Shown here one piece after another: positions 25,120 through 39,870 of a DNA stretch of 64,000 nucleotides. A program made the translations under genes and the position numbers. The DNA is from Octopus sinensis. Its lineage: Eukaryota. Position 1 is the stretch's first letter, and every line of letters starts with the position of its first letter. The notes under the pieces are model-generated. The model saw only the letters and a program-made list of their open reading frames with translations. It was not told where the DNA came from and did not search any database. The stretch lies in the NCBI RefSeq assembly GCF_006345805.1, contig NC_043008.1, forward strand, positions 69,750,001 through 69,814,000, given 5' to 3'.

Positions 25120-25500
25120 GCTTCTTGAAAGGGGGAGGAGGATGGAGGGGAGGATGTAGAGGGGAGGAGGGGAAGAAGCAGATAGATAGGGGACGAGGGG
25201 AAGAAGGGGAAGGAAGAAGAGAGGAGGGCGAGGGGAAAGAGGAGGAGTGGGAAGAGGAAGAAGAGGAGAAGTGGGGGTGGAATGAGAGGAGGGAGAGGGG
25301 GAAGAGGAGAAGGGAGAAGAAGAAGAGGAGGAGAAGGGAGGAGAGGGAGAAGAAGTGGAGAAGAAGAAGAAAGGGAAGAGATATGCTGTAGTTGAGAAAG
25401 AAGAAAAGAAAGAAGAAGAGAAAGAAGAAGAGAAAGAAGAAGAGAAAGAAGAAGAAACCACAATAACGACAGCAGCAGCAGCAGCAGTCACAACAACAAC
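25120..25500 (+). repeat. Polypurine GA-rich tract with 12-bp GAAAGAAGAAGA repeats
   Basis: Almost pure A/G for about 350 bp; similar tracts at 12120-12410 and 26830-27010. Confidence 0.9.
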
Positions 25501-25900
25501 ATTATGAATAAAATCCTGCTACAGTGCACCCTTCATTGCTTTATGGAAAGATGTAGTTCTGTAGCCAAACAGAGAATCGACCGATCGACTGTAAACACCT
25601 CTTTTCCTCCCTCACTTCCTACCTCTACATGCTGAGCACTATTAGCAGCATTATGGTGTGATATGAGCCATATTAATAAAGGTGACCCAACAAGATGAGC
25701 AGTGACTCCAAATGAAATTCAACACAGAGCAACAAGAACTCCAGAAAAACTAGGAGAGGAGTGATTCTAAATTCAAACTGAGTCATAGTGGAGGAGACTT
25801 TAATTATGAGAGAAACAACCTGCCTTGTGATTTGAGCAGATTAAACTGCCTTCATCTTATAAGGCTATGATGAAATGATGACCATCACCACAGAAAACCT

Positions 25901-26056
25901 TGAGTGGCTGTGTGGTAAGTAGCCTGCTTACGAACCACATGGTTTCGGGTTCAGTCCCACTGCATGGCACCTTGGGCAAGTGTCTTCTACTATAGCCTTG
26001 GGCTGACCAAAGCCTTGTGAGTGGATTTGGTAGACGGAAACTGAAAGAAACCTGTC

Positions 26057-26121
<65 letters not shown>

Positions 26122-26375
26122 ATATATATATTTGTATGTATGTATATATGTATGTGTGTGTGTATATGTTTGTGTGTCTGTGTTTGTTCCCCCAGCATCG
26201 CTTGACAACCAATGCTGGTGTGTTTATGTCCCTGTAACTTAGAGGTTCGGGAAAAGAGACTGATAGAATAAGTACTAGGCTTACAAAGAATAAGTCCTGG
26301 GGTCCATTTGCTCGACTAAAAGCAGTGCTCCAGCATAGCCACAGTCAAATGACTGAAACAGGAAAAAGAGTAAAA
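25901..26375 (+). mobile_element. SINE family B
   Basis: Full-length copy with an expanded internal (TA)n. Confidence 0.9.
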
Positions 26376-26529
26376 GGGGGAAAGAGTGTCAGCATGATTA
26401 ACAGTTCACTGTTAAGGCCACTCTAAATGTCTAGGTTGAGTTGAGAAACTTGCCACATGTGTGTATGTGTTTGTGAGGGTATGTGCATGTGTGTATATGT
26501 ATGACTAAGTTATTGTGTGTGAGTGTTTG

Positions 26530-26562
<33 letters not shown>

Positions 26563-26694
26563 TTTTGTAAGTGCATGTGTCAGTGTTTGTGTGTGTGTTG
26601 TGTATCATGGGAGTGTATATGTGTGTTGTGAAGATATGCTTGTTGCGCATTTGTGTTTGAGATTCTGTGCATGTGTGTGTGAGTGTGGGTGTGT

Positions 26695-26730
<36 letters not shown>

Positions 26731-27263
26731 ATGTTCATGCTTGTGTCTGTGTATGCCTGTGTTTGTGTAAAGTGATATGCAAACCATGCAAGTTCGTGTA
26801 GATGTGTGGATTCATTGACTGCAATGAATATCAGAGAGGAGAGAGAAGGAAGGGAAAGACAGTAATACAGAGAAAGAGAGAGGGGAGGGAGAGAAAGAAA
26901 GAAAGACAGACTGAATGAGAATGAGAAACAGGAGTAGAGAGACAAACAGATGGATGGATGGATAGATTGATAGATAAATAGAGAATAAGAGAGAGAGAGA
27001 GAGAGAAAGAGGTTGTGTGTATAGTTTACAATTAACATTTGATGAGAGCTACCAGAGTGGATTAATGTAATGAGGAGTGAAGTGGAGATGGCAGAGGTAT
27101 GGAAGGGGAGGTGTGGTAGGAAGATTTTATCATATATACACACATGCATACACACACAAACACACACGTGTGTGGAAATACAAGCATATATATATGTGTA
27201 TGTATACACAAACACACACACATAAACACAAGTACATATATATATATACATATGTATATATAA

Positions 27264-27313
<50 letters not shown>

Positions 27314-27324
27314 ATATATATATT

Positions 27325-27356
<32 letters not shown>

Positions 27357-27606
27357 CTGAAGGGAAAGGAGAGAGAGAGAGAGAGAGATGTACACATAGC
27401 GCCACTTTATTGTCATCATCAACAATAGAAGGGAGAAGAGAAATGAGATTTCCAGTTCTTCATTTATTGATAACAAATCACTGAAGTGGTTCCATTCAAC
27501 TCCCATACCACCAAACCTACTCCTCATCACCATCTCCCTCCTCACTTTTCCTCTTTATCTCTTTCTCTCTCAATATATATATATTATATATGTGTGTGTG
27601 TATGTA

Positions 27607-27637
<31 letters not shown>

Positions 27638-28110
27638 GTATATATATATTATATAATATATATATATATATATAGCATCAATAAATAATATCTTTGCCAC
27701 AGCTACCTCCATTATTACAACAACATTCAACAACCAGCATTCAACAAGAAGAGCCACAAGGCATGGTCTCATGGTATGCTAGAAATAACGGTGAAATCTC
27801 ACTTGATTTCATCAGGCTTATGTTAGTATAAGGAAAGGAAAGAAGGAAAGATATATTTGATGATGTTGTCCAAGGCAGCCATTACACAAGCGAGATGGCC
27901 ATAGCAGGAATGCTTCTTTCATTCATTACTCTACTCAATTGGAAATGATCTGAAGTTCCTTCCCACCTCCCCACAGCAAAGAAGATATACAAGATGAACA
28001 AGAGCAACATATGTGCAATGTATGTGTGTGTGTGTGTGTGTGTATACACATATATAGATAGATAACAGATATCTAAAGTATGTATATATATATATATATA
28101 TTATACACAC

Positions 28111-28234
<124 letters not shown>

Positions 28235-28358
28235 CATATATATATATATACATATATATACATATATATATATACATATATATACATATATATATATAAA
28301 ATACATATATTATATAAATATATTATACATATATATATATATACATATATATATACAC

Positions 28359-28390
<32 letters not shown>

Positions 28391-29139
28391 ATATATATTT
28401 CTACTATACCTATACATACATACATATATATACATATATATATATAAGCACACACACACACATATATGTGTGTATGTATTGTATTATATAGAGATATAGC
28501 TATCTGGAGTTGATCAGCAACATCATCACCAATACTACCATTATTACCACCACCACTACCACCACCACAACTATCATAAAAATTACCACAAGCACCACAA
28601 CCCTAACATCACCATCAGAGCCACTACCACCGCCACCACTACTACTACTACTACCACTCACAACAAGCTATCTATTCATGCATCATTAGTTATATGTAGC
28701 ATTAAACAAGCATTAAACAGCTGCTCTTGTTTCTTACCCCCACCAACACACACACGAGTATGTATATGTGTGTTATATATATATATATTATATATATATA
28801 TATATATATGCTCTCACAACAGCACTTCCTGCTATTTATCTCTGATTTTTCTTTTTTTCCTTCCCAAGTATGTTTGTGTGTGTGTGTGCACGAGTATGTA
28901 TGTGTGTATATGTATATGTGTATATATATACACATACACACCCCCACATACATAAATATATACATATATATGATTTAATATATCAGCATTTTTCACACCT
29001 TGATCCTATTAAATATCAATGCACAATAAGTACCTGCTTATACACACACACACGTGTGCATACATACATATATTATATATAGATACATACATGCACACAC
29101 ACACATGTATATACATACATATATATATAAGTATATATA

Positions 29140-29181
<42 letters not shown>

Positions 29182-29319
29182 TACATACACACACATGCAC
29201 ACACCATTATACAACATGACTTTTAAGCTAAAAGATGGCAGTGTTCTGATATGATTATTATACACACAATCTGGAATGTATATAATGCAAGCCTCCTAAT
29301 AGAAACTGGGCTATAAAGC

Positions 29320-29705
29320 TTTACAATATGATATATAATGAGGTTTCTATCAACAAAATCTTGTTATATACATACCAGAGTGTGTGTATAATGACTATAT
29401 GATGCCTATATTGGGGTTTCTATCAACAAGATCTTGATATGCACGTATCGCAGTGCGTATAGTAACTTCCTAATAATAACCTGTGTAGTGAAATGTCTAT
29501 CAACAGAATATTATTATATACATGCTATAGTGTGTGTATAATGAACTTATAATCAGGTTTATAGTCAGGTGTCTACAATATACATAGCATTGTGTGCATA
29601 ATAACTATTTTATGAGGTGTCTACAAACAAGATCCTTTTTATATACATAGAATTGCGTGTACATAATGAGATATTTAGAGAGGTCCCTATCAACAGGAGA
29701 TTTTG

Positions 29706-29743
<38 letters not shown>

Positions 29744-29890
29744 TACAAATACATACCACACCATGTCTAATGTGTATATATGGCATATAGTCAGGTTTTA
29801 ATCCATAGAATTTCATTATAAACTTACTACGGTATGTTTATATTGTAGCATGTTTGTACACACATATCGGTGCGTATAAAATGGTTTAAG
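29320..29890. repeat. Degenerate minisatellite of about 75 bp, block 1
   Basis: Anchor TCTATCAACA at about 29346, 29419 and 29496, recurring with TATACATACCA...GTGTGTATAAT. Confidence 0.65.
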
Positions 29891-29899
29891 TAGGAGTTT

Positions 29900-30070
29900 A
29901 GCAATTTTTGAGTGGAGGGGGTTAGTTGATGCAGTCAACTCCAGTACTTACCTGGTACTTTGATACTTTATTTTACTGACCCCCAGAGGGATGCAATGCA
30001 AAGCTGACCTCAGCAAGATTTAAATTCAGAACATAAAGACGCTCTAATGGTTTTATCAGCTTGCCACCTA
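29900..30070 (-). mobile_element. Old family A SINE
   Basis: Degenerate core and B box on the minus strand. Confidence 0.7.
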
Positions 30071-30162
30071 TGTGATATAATATTCATTCTATTGTGGGGA
30101 TAAGAATCAGAGAGTGAAATGTATGCTGAAATTAGTATTAGCAGAATGTCATTACAAATATA

Positions 30163-30384
30163 TATTTCTTTACTACCCACAAGGGGCTAAACACAGAGAG
30201 GACAAACAAATGGATTAAGTCGATTATATCGACCCCAGTGCGTAACTGGTACTTATTTAATCGACCCCGAAAGGATGAAAGGTAAAGTCGACCTCGGCGG
30301 AATTTGAACTCACAACGTAGCGGCAGACGAAATACGGCTACGCATTTCGCCCGCGTGCTAACGTCTCTGCCAGCTCGCCGCCCT
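30163..30384 (-). mobile_element. Young family A SINE with a perfect 17-bp TSD
   Basis: ATGTCATTACAAATATA at 30146-30162 and 30385-30401; CpGs intact; B box GAGTTCAAATTCC. Confidence 0.93.
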
Positions 30385-30401
30385 ATGTCATTACAAATAT
30401 A

Positions 30402-30767
30402 GGTGCAGGCATGGCTGGGTGGGAAGAAGCTTGCTTCCTAACCACATGATTTCAGGTTCAGATCCACTATATGGCATCTTGGACAAGTGTCTTCTACAAT
30501 AGCCTGGAGCTGACCAAAGCCTTGTGAATGGATTTGGTAGATGGAAACTGAAAGAAGCCCATCACATATCTGTATATATCTATGTATGTATCTCTTTATT
30601 GGTGCATTTACATGCCCACAAATTAGCAGGTTGGCAAAAAATTACCAATAGAGTAAGTACCAGACTTTAAAGAGAAAAGGGCTGGAATTGGTTTGTTTGA
30701 ATACAATTATTCAAGGCAGTGTCCAAGCATAGTCACAGTCTGATAACTGAAAGAAAATAAAAGATAA
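30402..30767 (+). mobile_element. SINE family B, diverged
   Basis: GGCATGGCTGGGTGGGAAGAAGC...GGATTTGGTAGATGGAAACTGAAAGAAGCCC... Confidence 0.82.
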
Positions 30768-30817
30768 TATCTGCCTGTCTGTCTGTCTATCTATCTAGCT
30801 ATATATATATATATATA

Positions 30818-30865
<48 letters not shown>

Positions 30866-30890
30866 ATATAGATAGATAGATAGATAAAAC

Positions 30891-32022
<1,132 letters not shown>

Positions 32023-32029
32023 TATATAT

Positions 32030-32630
32030 ATATATACCACAGTGTGTATAATAGCTATATAATAATGTGCATAGTAAGTTTGGTATTAACAGAAATTTGA
32101 GTAATACATACCACAGCATGTAAATAACAGCCACATAATAATGTTTATAGTGATGCAGCTATTGAAAAAATCTTGTTATACACATACCACAGTATGTGTA
32201 TAATAACTATATAATAATGGTTCCAAATTTTGGCACTAGACCAGGAATTTTGGACGAGGGGCCAAGTAAATTAAATCTACTCCAGTACTCAACTGGTACT
32301 TATTTTATTGACCCTTGAAAGGATGAATGGCAAAGTCAACATCAGTGGAATTTGAACTCAGAACATAGAGAGAGATGAAATGCTGCTAAACATCTTGCCT
32401 GGCATGCTAATGATTCTGCCAGCTCGCAGCCTTTAATAGCTATATAATAATGTGTATTCTAAGTTTGCTATCGACTGAAATTTAATATGTACATACCATG
32501 TGTGTATAATGAATATATAATGATATGTATAGTGAGGTTTCCATCCACAAAATGTCATTATATACATACCAGTATGTATGTATAACGACTATATAATATA
32601 TATATATAGTGAGGCTGCTATCTACAGAAT
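32030..32630. repeat. Degenerate minisatellite of about 75 bp, block 2, split by a family A SINE (32219-32432, minus)
   Basis: ATACCAC anchors about 75 bp apart; the SINE is flanked by a near-identical AATA(A/G)CTATATAATAAT duplication. Confidence 0.7.
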
Positions 32631-32773
32631 TTTGATTTACCAGTTCCATTCACCCTCAAAGATAATTGGTGAATTTCAGGAAGAAAATATTGAGTTGGGT
32701 GTTTCATTACACAGCACTGACAACAGGGGCTGGGTAATGTGGTCCCTATTTCAAATACAGGAAGGAGGTTTAA

Positions 32774-32991
32774 CCCTTTAGCATTCATATTATTCTGTTA
32801 AATGTAATCATTTATTCAAATTGTTTTGAATTAATCATGCATTATCTCGTTGATTTTGAGATCATGATCATGTGACTAATTAGTTTTAAAGTTTCATTGT
32901 AAAATGGGTGTGAGAGGCCAGATCTGGTCAGGTTCACCATAAAACAGGTAGAATATTTGGGCTGGATATGACTTGTTTAAATGCTAAAAGG
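32774..32991. mobile_element. piggyBac-like MITE, family 2
   Basis: TTAA-CCCTTTAGCATT ... AATGCTAAAAGG-TTAA. Confidence 0.8.
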
Positions 32992-33169
32992 TTAATCTAA
33001 AATCAGTCCTGATTAAAACCAACCTGCCATGGAATACATTCCAGCTGTGAGCATCCTGTCCTTTACTCACATAAACATATTTTAATTTCAATGTTTGCTT
33101 TTCCATGCTGTGGAGACACAAGTACATACACACACAAACATGCACATAAACTTATCTACATATGAATGC

Positions 33170-33375
33170 AGCCAGCTGGCAGAATCGTTAGCATGCCGGG
33201 CAAAATGCTTAGCAGTATTTCGTCTGCCTTTAAATTCCGTCAAGGTCGACCTCACCTTTCATCCTTACAGGGTCGATTAAATAAGTACCAGTTATGCACT
33301 GGAATCGATGTAACCAACTTAATCCCTTTGTTTGTCCCCTCTATGTTTAGCCCCTTGTGGGCAATGAAGAAATAT
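33170..33375 (+). mobile_element. SINE family A, subfamily with TTTAGCCCCTTGTGGG tail
   Basis: Same alternative 3' tail as the 30163 copy. Confidence 0.85.
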
Positions 33376-33762
33376 ATTTACATAATGTTTAGGTTTCCAC
33401 TACTGGTTGCATATCCTTGACATTTTTGTAATCTACATTATGAAGTAATTCTGAGCCCTTAGAAACAGCTGTCACTTCTGTAACACCATACCTTCTCTCC
33501 TTAATTTTCTGTGTCTTTGTATTTTGTGTATGTTTGTTTTGTTAATATTATAAATATCTATATATTTATATATAAATATTCATTGCCTGAATATTTTAAA
33601 TATTTGTTCTCACTCTATTTGTATGTATATATGCATATATGTATATATTTTGTGTGGCTAGGCCAAGTGGTTTTATATGTTTATTTGCATCATTATCTGA
33701 ACTTGTATAAGCATGTGTGTGTGCATGTATATATATATATATATACATATATACATATATAC

Positions 33763-33795
<33 letters not shown>

Positions 33796-33913
33796 TATAT
33801 AAAAATATATACATACATATATAGATATATATATACATATATATGTATATATATATATATATATATGTATATACATATATATATATATTATATATATATA
33901 TAAATATAGATAT

Positions 33914-34030
33914 ATATTGCCAGATCAGACTGGGCCTAGTGCAGCCTTCTGGCTTCCCAGACCCCAGTTGAACTGTCCAACCCATGCTAGCATGGAAAGC
34001 GGATGCTAAACGATGATGATGATGATGATA
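33914..34030 (+). mobile_element. Family C 3' fragment
   Basis: GCCAGATCAGACTGGGCC...CCAACCCATGCTAGCATGGAAAGCGGATGCTAAACGATGATGAT. Confidence 0.85.
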
Positions 34031-34094
34031 TGTATATACATATCTATATCTATGTATATACGCATATCATTATCATCATGTATATATATATATA

Positions 34095-34332
34095 TGGTAA
34101 TCCCTCGTCTATCGCGGGTGTTATGTTCCAAAATCCCCTGCTATTGGTGAAACTCTCTGAAGTAGAAACGGTACTGTACTGTATATTTTTTTTTAATTAT
34201 TTTAATATTTTTTATTTATTTATATTATTATAAATGCAAAATAACACCATGGAGGAATCAATGTAAGCATAAATAATAAACTGTGACAGGTGAACAGCGA
34301 TAGGTGAACCACGATATGGCAAGGGATTACTG
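34095..34332. mobile_element. pogo/Tigger-like MITE
   Basis: TA-TGGTAATCCCTCGTCTATCGCGG ... CCACGATATGGCAAGGGATTACTG-TA; imperfect TIRs of about 23 bp with a TA TSD. Confidence 0.8.
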
Positions 34333-35367
34333 TATATATATGGGTGTGTGTGTGTGTGTGTGTGTGTGTAGGGCTATAATCCAAGGAGTATCTTCATGAA
34401 GCATTTCTACATATTTCATTACTTTAAAGTATATTCATAGATGTTATATTTTATAATTTTATATGAGAGTTGAAAATACTATAAAATGCTGGAAAATGCT
34501 TTTTGAAGAGTAATTACATCTCAAAACAGATGACTGGAAAATTTAGCAGTATTTATTCCCCATTACATATATTTTAAATTAATAATATTATTTCAATTCT
34601 CTGTCAGAAAAATTAATAATAGATGTGCTACATGTTTTTCTACATGTATTCTTCTGTAACTCCTATTAGGCAATGAAACGTATGTAATGAGTAATGTACA
34701 ATACCATATGTATGTATATATATATGTATGTATGTATATATATATGTATATATATATGTATATATATATATGTGCATGTGTGTATATATATATGGTCATA
34801 TGTACATGTACAAGTGCATACACTCACACATACACACATATATGAATGTTTTGCGTAACAGAGATGAAGAAGGAGAGAGAGAGAGAAGGGAGAAAGAAAT
34901 GATAATTCATTGTAATTTATTCCCATTTTAATAAATATTTTAAATAAAAATTAAAATTCATTTCTCATTTGTAAACAGCTGTCTCTGGTCTAGTTGAACT
35001 AAAACCAATGTTTGGTAGAGCTGTGAGGTGGTGGTTACAATGAAACCAGAGGGAGTATGAGGGGAGAGGAAAAGACTGTTATATAAGACTTTCTATACAC
35101 CAGACAACCATAGTGGTGGTGGTGGTGGTTTGGTGGTTGTGGTAGTGACACTTGTTTAGCCTTAGGTTAGTCTTGACCAAAACAGGATTATGATTAAAGT
35201 AATTTCCACTTGTGACCATCCTGTCTATTTTCTTTTTATTCAGCCATTGTATGTCTAGGACAACATTATCTGTAGTGCCCTTCTAATTTAATACTGTAGA
35301 GTGTAGGCAGAGAGAGATTTAGGGACAGTCATTCTTATCAGATGAAATAAGTAATATATATTAGCAA

Positions 35368-35772
35368 CAGGCATAGGAGTGGCTGTGTGGTAAGTAGCTT
35401 TCTTATGAACCACATAGTTCCGGGTTCAGTCCCACTGCGTGGCACCTTGGGCAAGTGTCTTCTACTATAGCCTCGAGCCAACCAAAGCCTTGTGAGTGGA
35501 TTTGGTAGACGAAAGCTGAAAGAAGCCTGTCATATATATGTATGTATATGTTTGTGTGTATATGTTTGTGTGTCTGTGTTTGTCCCCCCATATTGCTTGA
35601 CTATCAATGCTGGTGCGTTTACATCCCCTAAACTTAGTGGTTCGGCAACAGAGACTCATAGAATAAGCACTAGGCTTACAAAGAATAAGTCCTGGGGTCA
35701 ATTTGCTCGACTAAAGGTGGTGCTCCAGCATGGCCACAGTCAAATGATTGAAACAAGTAAAAGAATAAAAGA
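35368..35772 (+). mobile_element. SINE family B
   Basis: Full-length copy. Confidence 0.9.
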
Positions 35773-36723
35773 ATATGCATTTGCACATGTGTGTGTGTGT
35801 GTGCATTATTGTATGTGTGCATGTGTGTTTATGTATTTATGTGTGTCAATGCACATGTAAGTTGGTTTATTGTATAAAATTGGTTGTATTGTGATGATTG
35901 TGATGGTCATGTCAATGTTGCCCTTGAGGCAAACACAGAACCCATTATTGTTTGTATTATTTTTTTTATTATTATGTAGCAAATACAGATATGTGGCTAG
36001 TCATCACCTCTACCCCCACCACCATCACCATCATTATTACTATTATTGACACCATTTTCGTCATCATCATCATTGTCACCACCGCTACCACCACCGCAAC
36101 TAATACCATCACCACCACCAATAACAACAACAAGAGCAGCAGCACTAACACCATCACCATCATACTAGCCACAACCATCAATCTCACCACCACCATTACC
36201 ACCACCACAGTCCTTATTACCATCATCATCATCATCTTCATCACCATCACCCACACACGCACCAATCTTCACCACAACTGTCCTCACCCCCATCCTCATA
36301 ACCATCATAATGATAATCATCATCATCATCATCATCATCACCATCATGCAACACTACAGCAGTTACATTAAGCAGAGTCAAGACTAATTGTAGATCGATT
36401 ACACAGATATTGTAGTTTCCCACTAATTTAGATGTTTCACAACTTCCTTTCATCTTCGTTACATATTAATCAATGATGAACAATTCGTAATCAATAACAC
36501 AAGACTTTCTAATAATCTTCAAAACACAAAGAATAATGAACGAATAAGTAAAATGGCAAAAACCACCATCACCATCAACAGCATTATTAGCATTGTCATC
36601 ATTATCATCATCGTTATTACTATTATCACTATTATTATTATCATCATCATCATTATCACTATTATTACTATCATGATCGTAATAATAGTGATAATGATTA
36701 TTATTGTTTTTATTATTATTATT

Positions 36724-36754
<31 letters not shown>

Positions 36755-38600
36755 TATTATTATTATTATTATCATTATCAATGATATAAATACCTATGTT
36801 ATGAGGGGTCAAGAATGTTGGTCTAAATTATGTCTTAGACTAAATTAAATATCAATGACGAATGGTCAAAAGTGGAAGTAGATCTTCTTTAATTGCCACT
36901 TCCTGTTTCAATTGTGTATCTAGAAGTTTCTTCATGTAACTATCATGTTTGCGCATAAATACAATGATGTCAATGGAAGCTACAATACAAACAAACTAAC
37001 AAACCACCATGAATAGCAACTTCCATGTAGTTGTTTGATCTTGTTGGTCTGCTCAATTTACCTGCCAAACCTCCCTCTCTAAAAATTCCATCATGTCTGT
37101 AAAACAGCACCTTACACCTACAAGAACCCAAGGAGTTTTAATCTGGTCACTTGTAGTTCATCATTGTAAAAGCTTGGTAGTCCTCAACAGAACCCTATAC
37201 TATCTTTAGAACAGAGATTGTGTAAATCAATAAAGGGCTTCTACTTGTTCAATGCAATAACTATAACTTATTTAAAATGCTCCTTTAATATCTTCAAAGA
37301 AGGAACACATGAGAGGTAGAGTAGCTTAAATTCAATTCCTTTGTGTACTCAATCAAATCTGATTAAATACTTCTCTCCCCTTTTAAAAGGGCATTGCACT
37401 GACCAATAAAGGGTCCTATGCATAGTCAAATAGAAGACAATGAACAGCTCTACCAGTTCAATATTGCCGTGAAAACTCCCTACACACTCTTCTGCTACTA
37501 TTAAAATGGGGACCACATAAGCTAGTGAGGAGGTTTTTACCCCTGATTTTCACAACCATTTTCATTCCTGTCTTTAAAATAGGGACCAAATGAACCAGTG
37601 AGAAAGCAGTTTGTGATAACTTCTCAATATATCAAAACAAACTGACCCCAATGAATTCAGCTATTGTCTTTAAAATAAGAGACAATATACTTGAGGACCT
37701 AGATATTTAGACATCATGTCTCACAACAGACTCCCTTCATTGATCAAACAATACTTCAGATAGGTCACTTTGTTTCCCTTGAATGTAACTGTATTTAGGA
37801 CACAGAGGAAAATATTCAACATTAAGGGCGATTTCTTATATTAGCACATGGTTACAAATTTTTTTATGAGGGACCATAAGTAATAGAATGATAGGCTTTG
37901 CAATCTTAAAGGATGGGCACACTGGGAAGTTGCACAAGGTCTCTAGGGTTCTGAAGGCCCAATGCTAATTTATAAATGCTGTGGTTATGTACGTAGGAAC
38001 CTCAGTACAATGCTTTATTTGAAGGCCTATAAAGCTAGTAAGATGACCCAGCTGATAGTTAGGAAAGCTGAATTTGTCATAGCAGAATAGGAACCCAAAA
38101 CATTGATGATGAAACAAAACATGATACGATGTTAATGAAGTTCTGAAAATAATTAATATTGATGTATTGATCTGATTATTTTCTGATTCAGGCCATTATT
38201 AGTTTTATTGACCTCTAGCATTTTGAGCCAGTTGATTAAGCCTGGTTCTGTTATTTTGGCTTTCATTAGAGCACAACACCATTGAGAGGATTTGAACTCC
38301 TGCCTCCTGCACTATTTATCTGATATTCTACTTATTAATACAACCAACCAGAGCTTTCATAAATGCCTTTGTTGATATTATCTGCTTATTCTAACTATGT
38401 CTACGAATTAATATTATTAAAACATCACCAGATTTCTATGAAATATTTATAAGTTCTTGAATAATTACATATTTTAAGTACACAAGTAAAAGTCACAGAA
38501 CACACCCTGGTGATAAAGAATTAATTAACTTTATATTAAATATATATTTAGTCCTGCTCTAATAATTCCATGTAAACACCCTGTTTCTGAGACAACTTAC

Positions 38601-38656
38601 TATTCTGAGATCTAAATGGTTGCAATTTCAACCAAGTAAGGTCACATTTTGTCTCC
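38601..38656 (-). other. Candidate exon (56 nt) of a minus-strand transcript
   Basis: Acceptor GGTTTTCATTGCAG and donor ATA|GTAAGT; one open frame (ETKCDLTWLKLQPFRSQN). Confidence 0.45.
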
Positions 38657-39084
38657 CTGCAATGAAAACCATGCATGTTCTCTTCAGAGATTACATAAAT
38701 ATATGCAAGGAAGTGGAATTAATAAATTAATAAATTACAGTGGTCCATTATGTTTTTTTTTGTGTTGTTAAAATATAAAATGACATTTAACGAAAATGTT
38801 TTGTGAAAACAAAACAAAAATGGCATAACACACCATAAAACTTTTGAGTTAATTGATTCCATACCAAAGTATATATTTAGGGTAATTTACTGCATATTTA
38901 GTGTAATTCACTATAAAATAATTTAGGATGATAACCTACCCCCTACAGAGTGTGTTTAGGTTTGGTAATGGTGCATGATGACTTTGGTTATGCTGGGTAC
39001 ATTCAAGTTTCATATAATCAGAACATGCTTACTATAAAGCACAGTTGTATAAATGTATGCTATAACAATTATGTAACACTGCAT

Positions 39085-39870
39085 ATGGTGGATTAATTAA
39101 TTATGTAACACTCCATACATCAGATTAATTAAACAAATACCACTCCATACAGCAGATTAATTAAACAAATACCACTCCATACAGTAGATTAATTAAACAA
39201 ATACCACTCCTTACAGTAGATTAATTAAACAAATACCACTCCATACAGCAGATTAATTAATTATATAACACTCCATACAACAGATTAATTAATTATATAA
39301 CACTCCATACAACAGATTAATTAATCATATAACAATATGTTCAACAGATTAATTGATTATATACCACTTCAGGCAGCAGATTAATTACTTAATTATATAA
39401 CACTTTATGTAACAGATTAATGTGACACTGTAAACAACAGGTTAATCAATTATATAACACTCAACACAGCAGATTAATTAATTATATACCACTTCATGAT
39501 TAATTAAATAATTATATAACACTCCATACAGCAGATTAATTAATCATACACCATTTCATCCAGTGGATTAATTAATTAATTTTATAACAATTGCATATAC
39601 CAGATAAATTTGACACTCCATATTGCAGATAAATTTATTCATTATTTAACATTCAAAATAGTAGATTAAACAATCATATAACACTTTATAAGGTGGATTG
39701 GATAATTAGGTAACACTCCATATAGTAGATCAATCAATTATGTAACACTCCAATCAGCATATAAATTAATTCAAAAATAAACATTGTATAAATTAATCAT
39801 ATAACAGCAAATTAATTGTATAGCATTGCATAAAACAGACAAACTAATTACGTAACACTCCATACAGTAA
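39085..39870. repeat. Minisatellite, unit about 32 bp (CAGATTAATTAAWYAWATAMCACTCCATACAG)
   Basis: More than 20 units; near-perfect at 39120-39330 and decaying towards the edges. Confidence 0.9.

Noticed and set aside
25066-25491. E/R/K-rich and S/P/L-rich ORFs
   Set aside because: By-products of the GA-rich tract on both strands.
29947-29955. Perfect minus-strand CAG|GTAAGT donor, and CAG|GTAAGC near 57350
   Set aside because: Both lie in decayed dispersed repeats and have no convincing paired acceptor.
30330-30384. tRNA gene
   Set aside because: The A/B boxes belong to the SINE head, followed by SINE core and flanked by TSDs; no full cloverleaf evident.
35952-36453. Poly-Thr/His mucin-like ORF
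   Set aside because: Mixed ACC/ATC trinucleotide repeat, open on both strands, with no splice or domain support.
39085-39870. CRISPR-like appearance of the 32-bp array
   Set aside because: Units are contiguous with no unique spacers, there are no cas genes and the context is eukaryotic.
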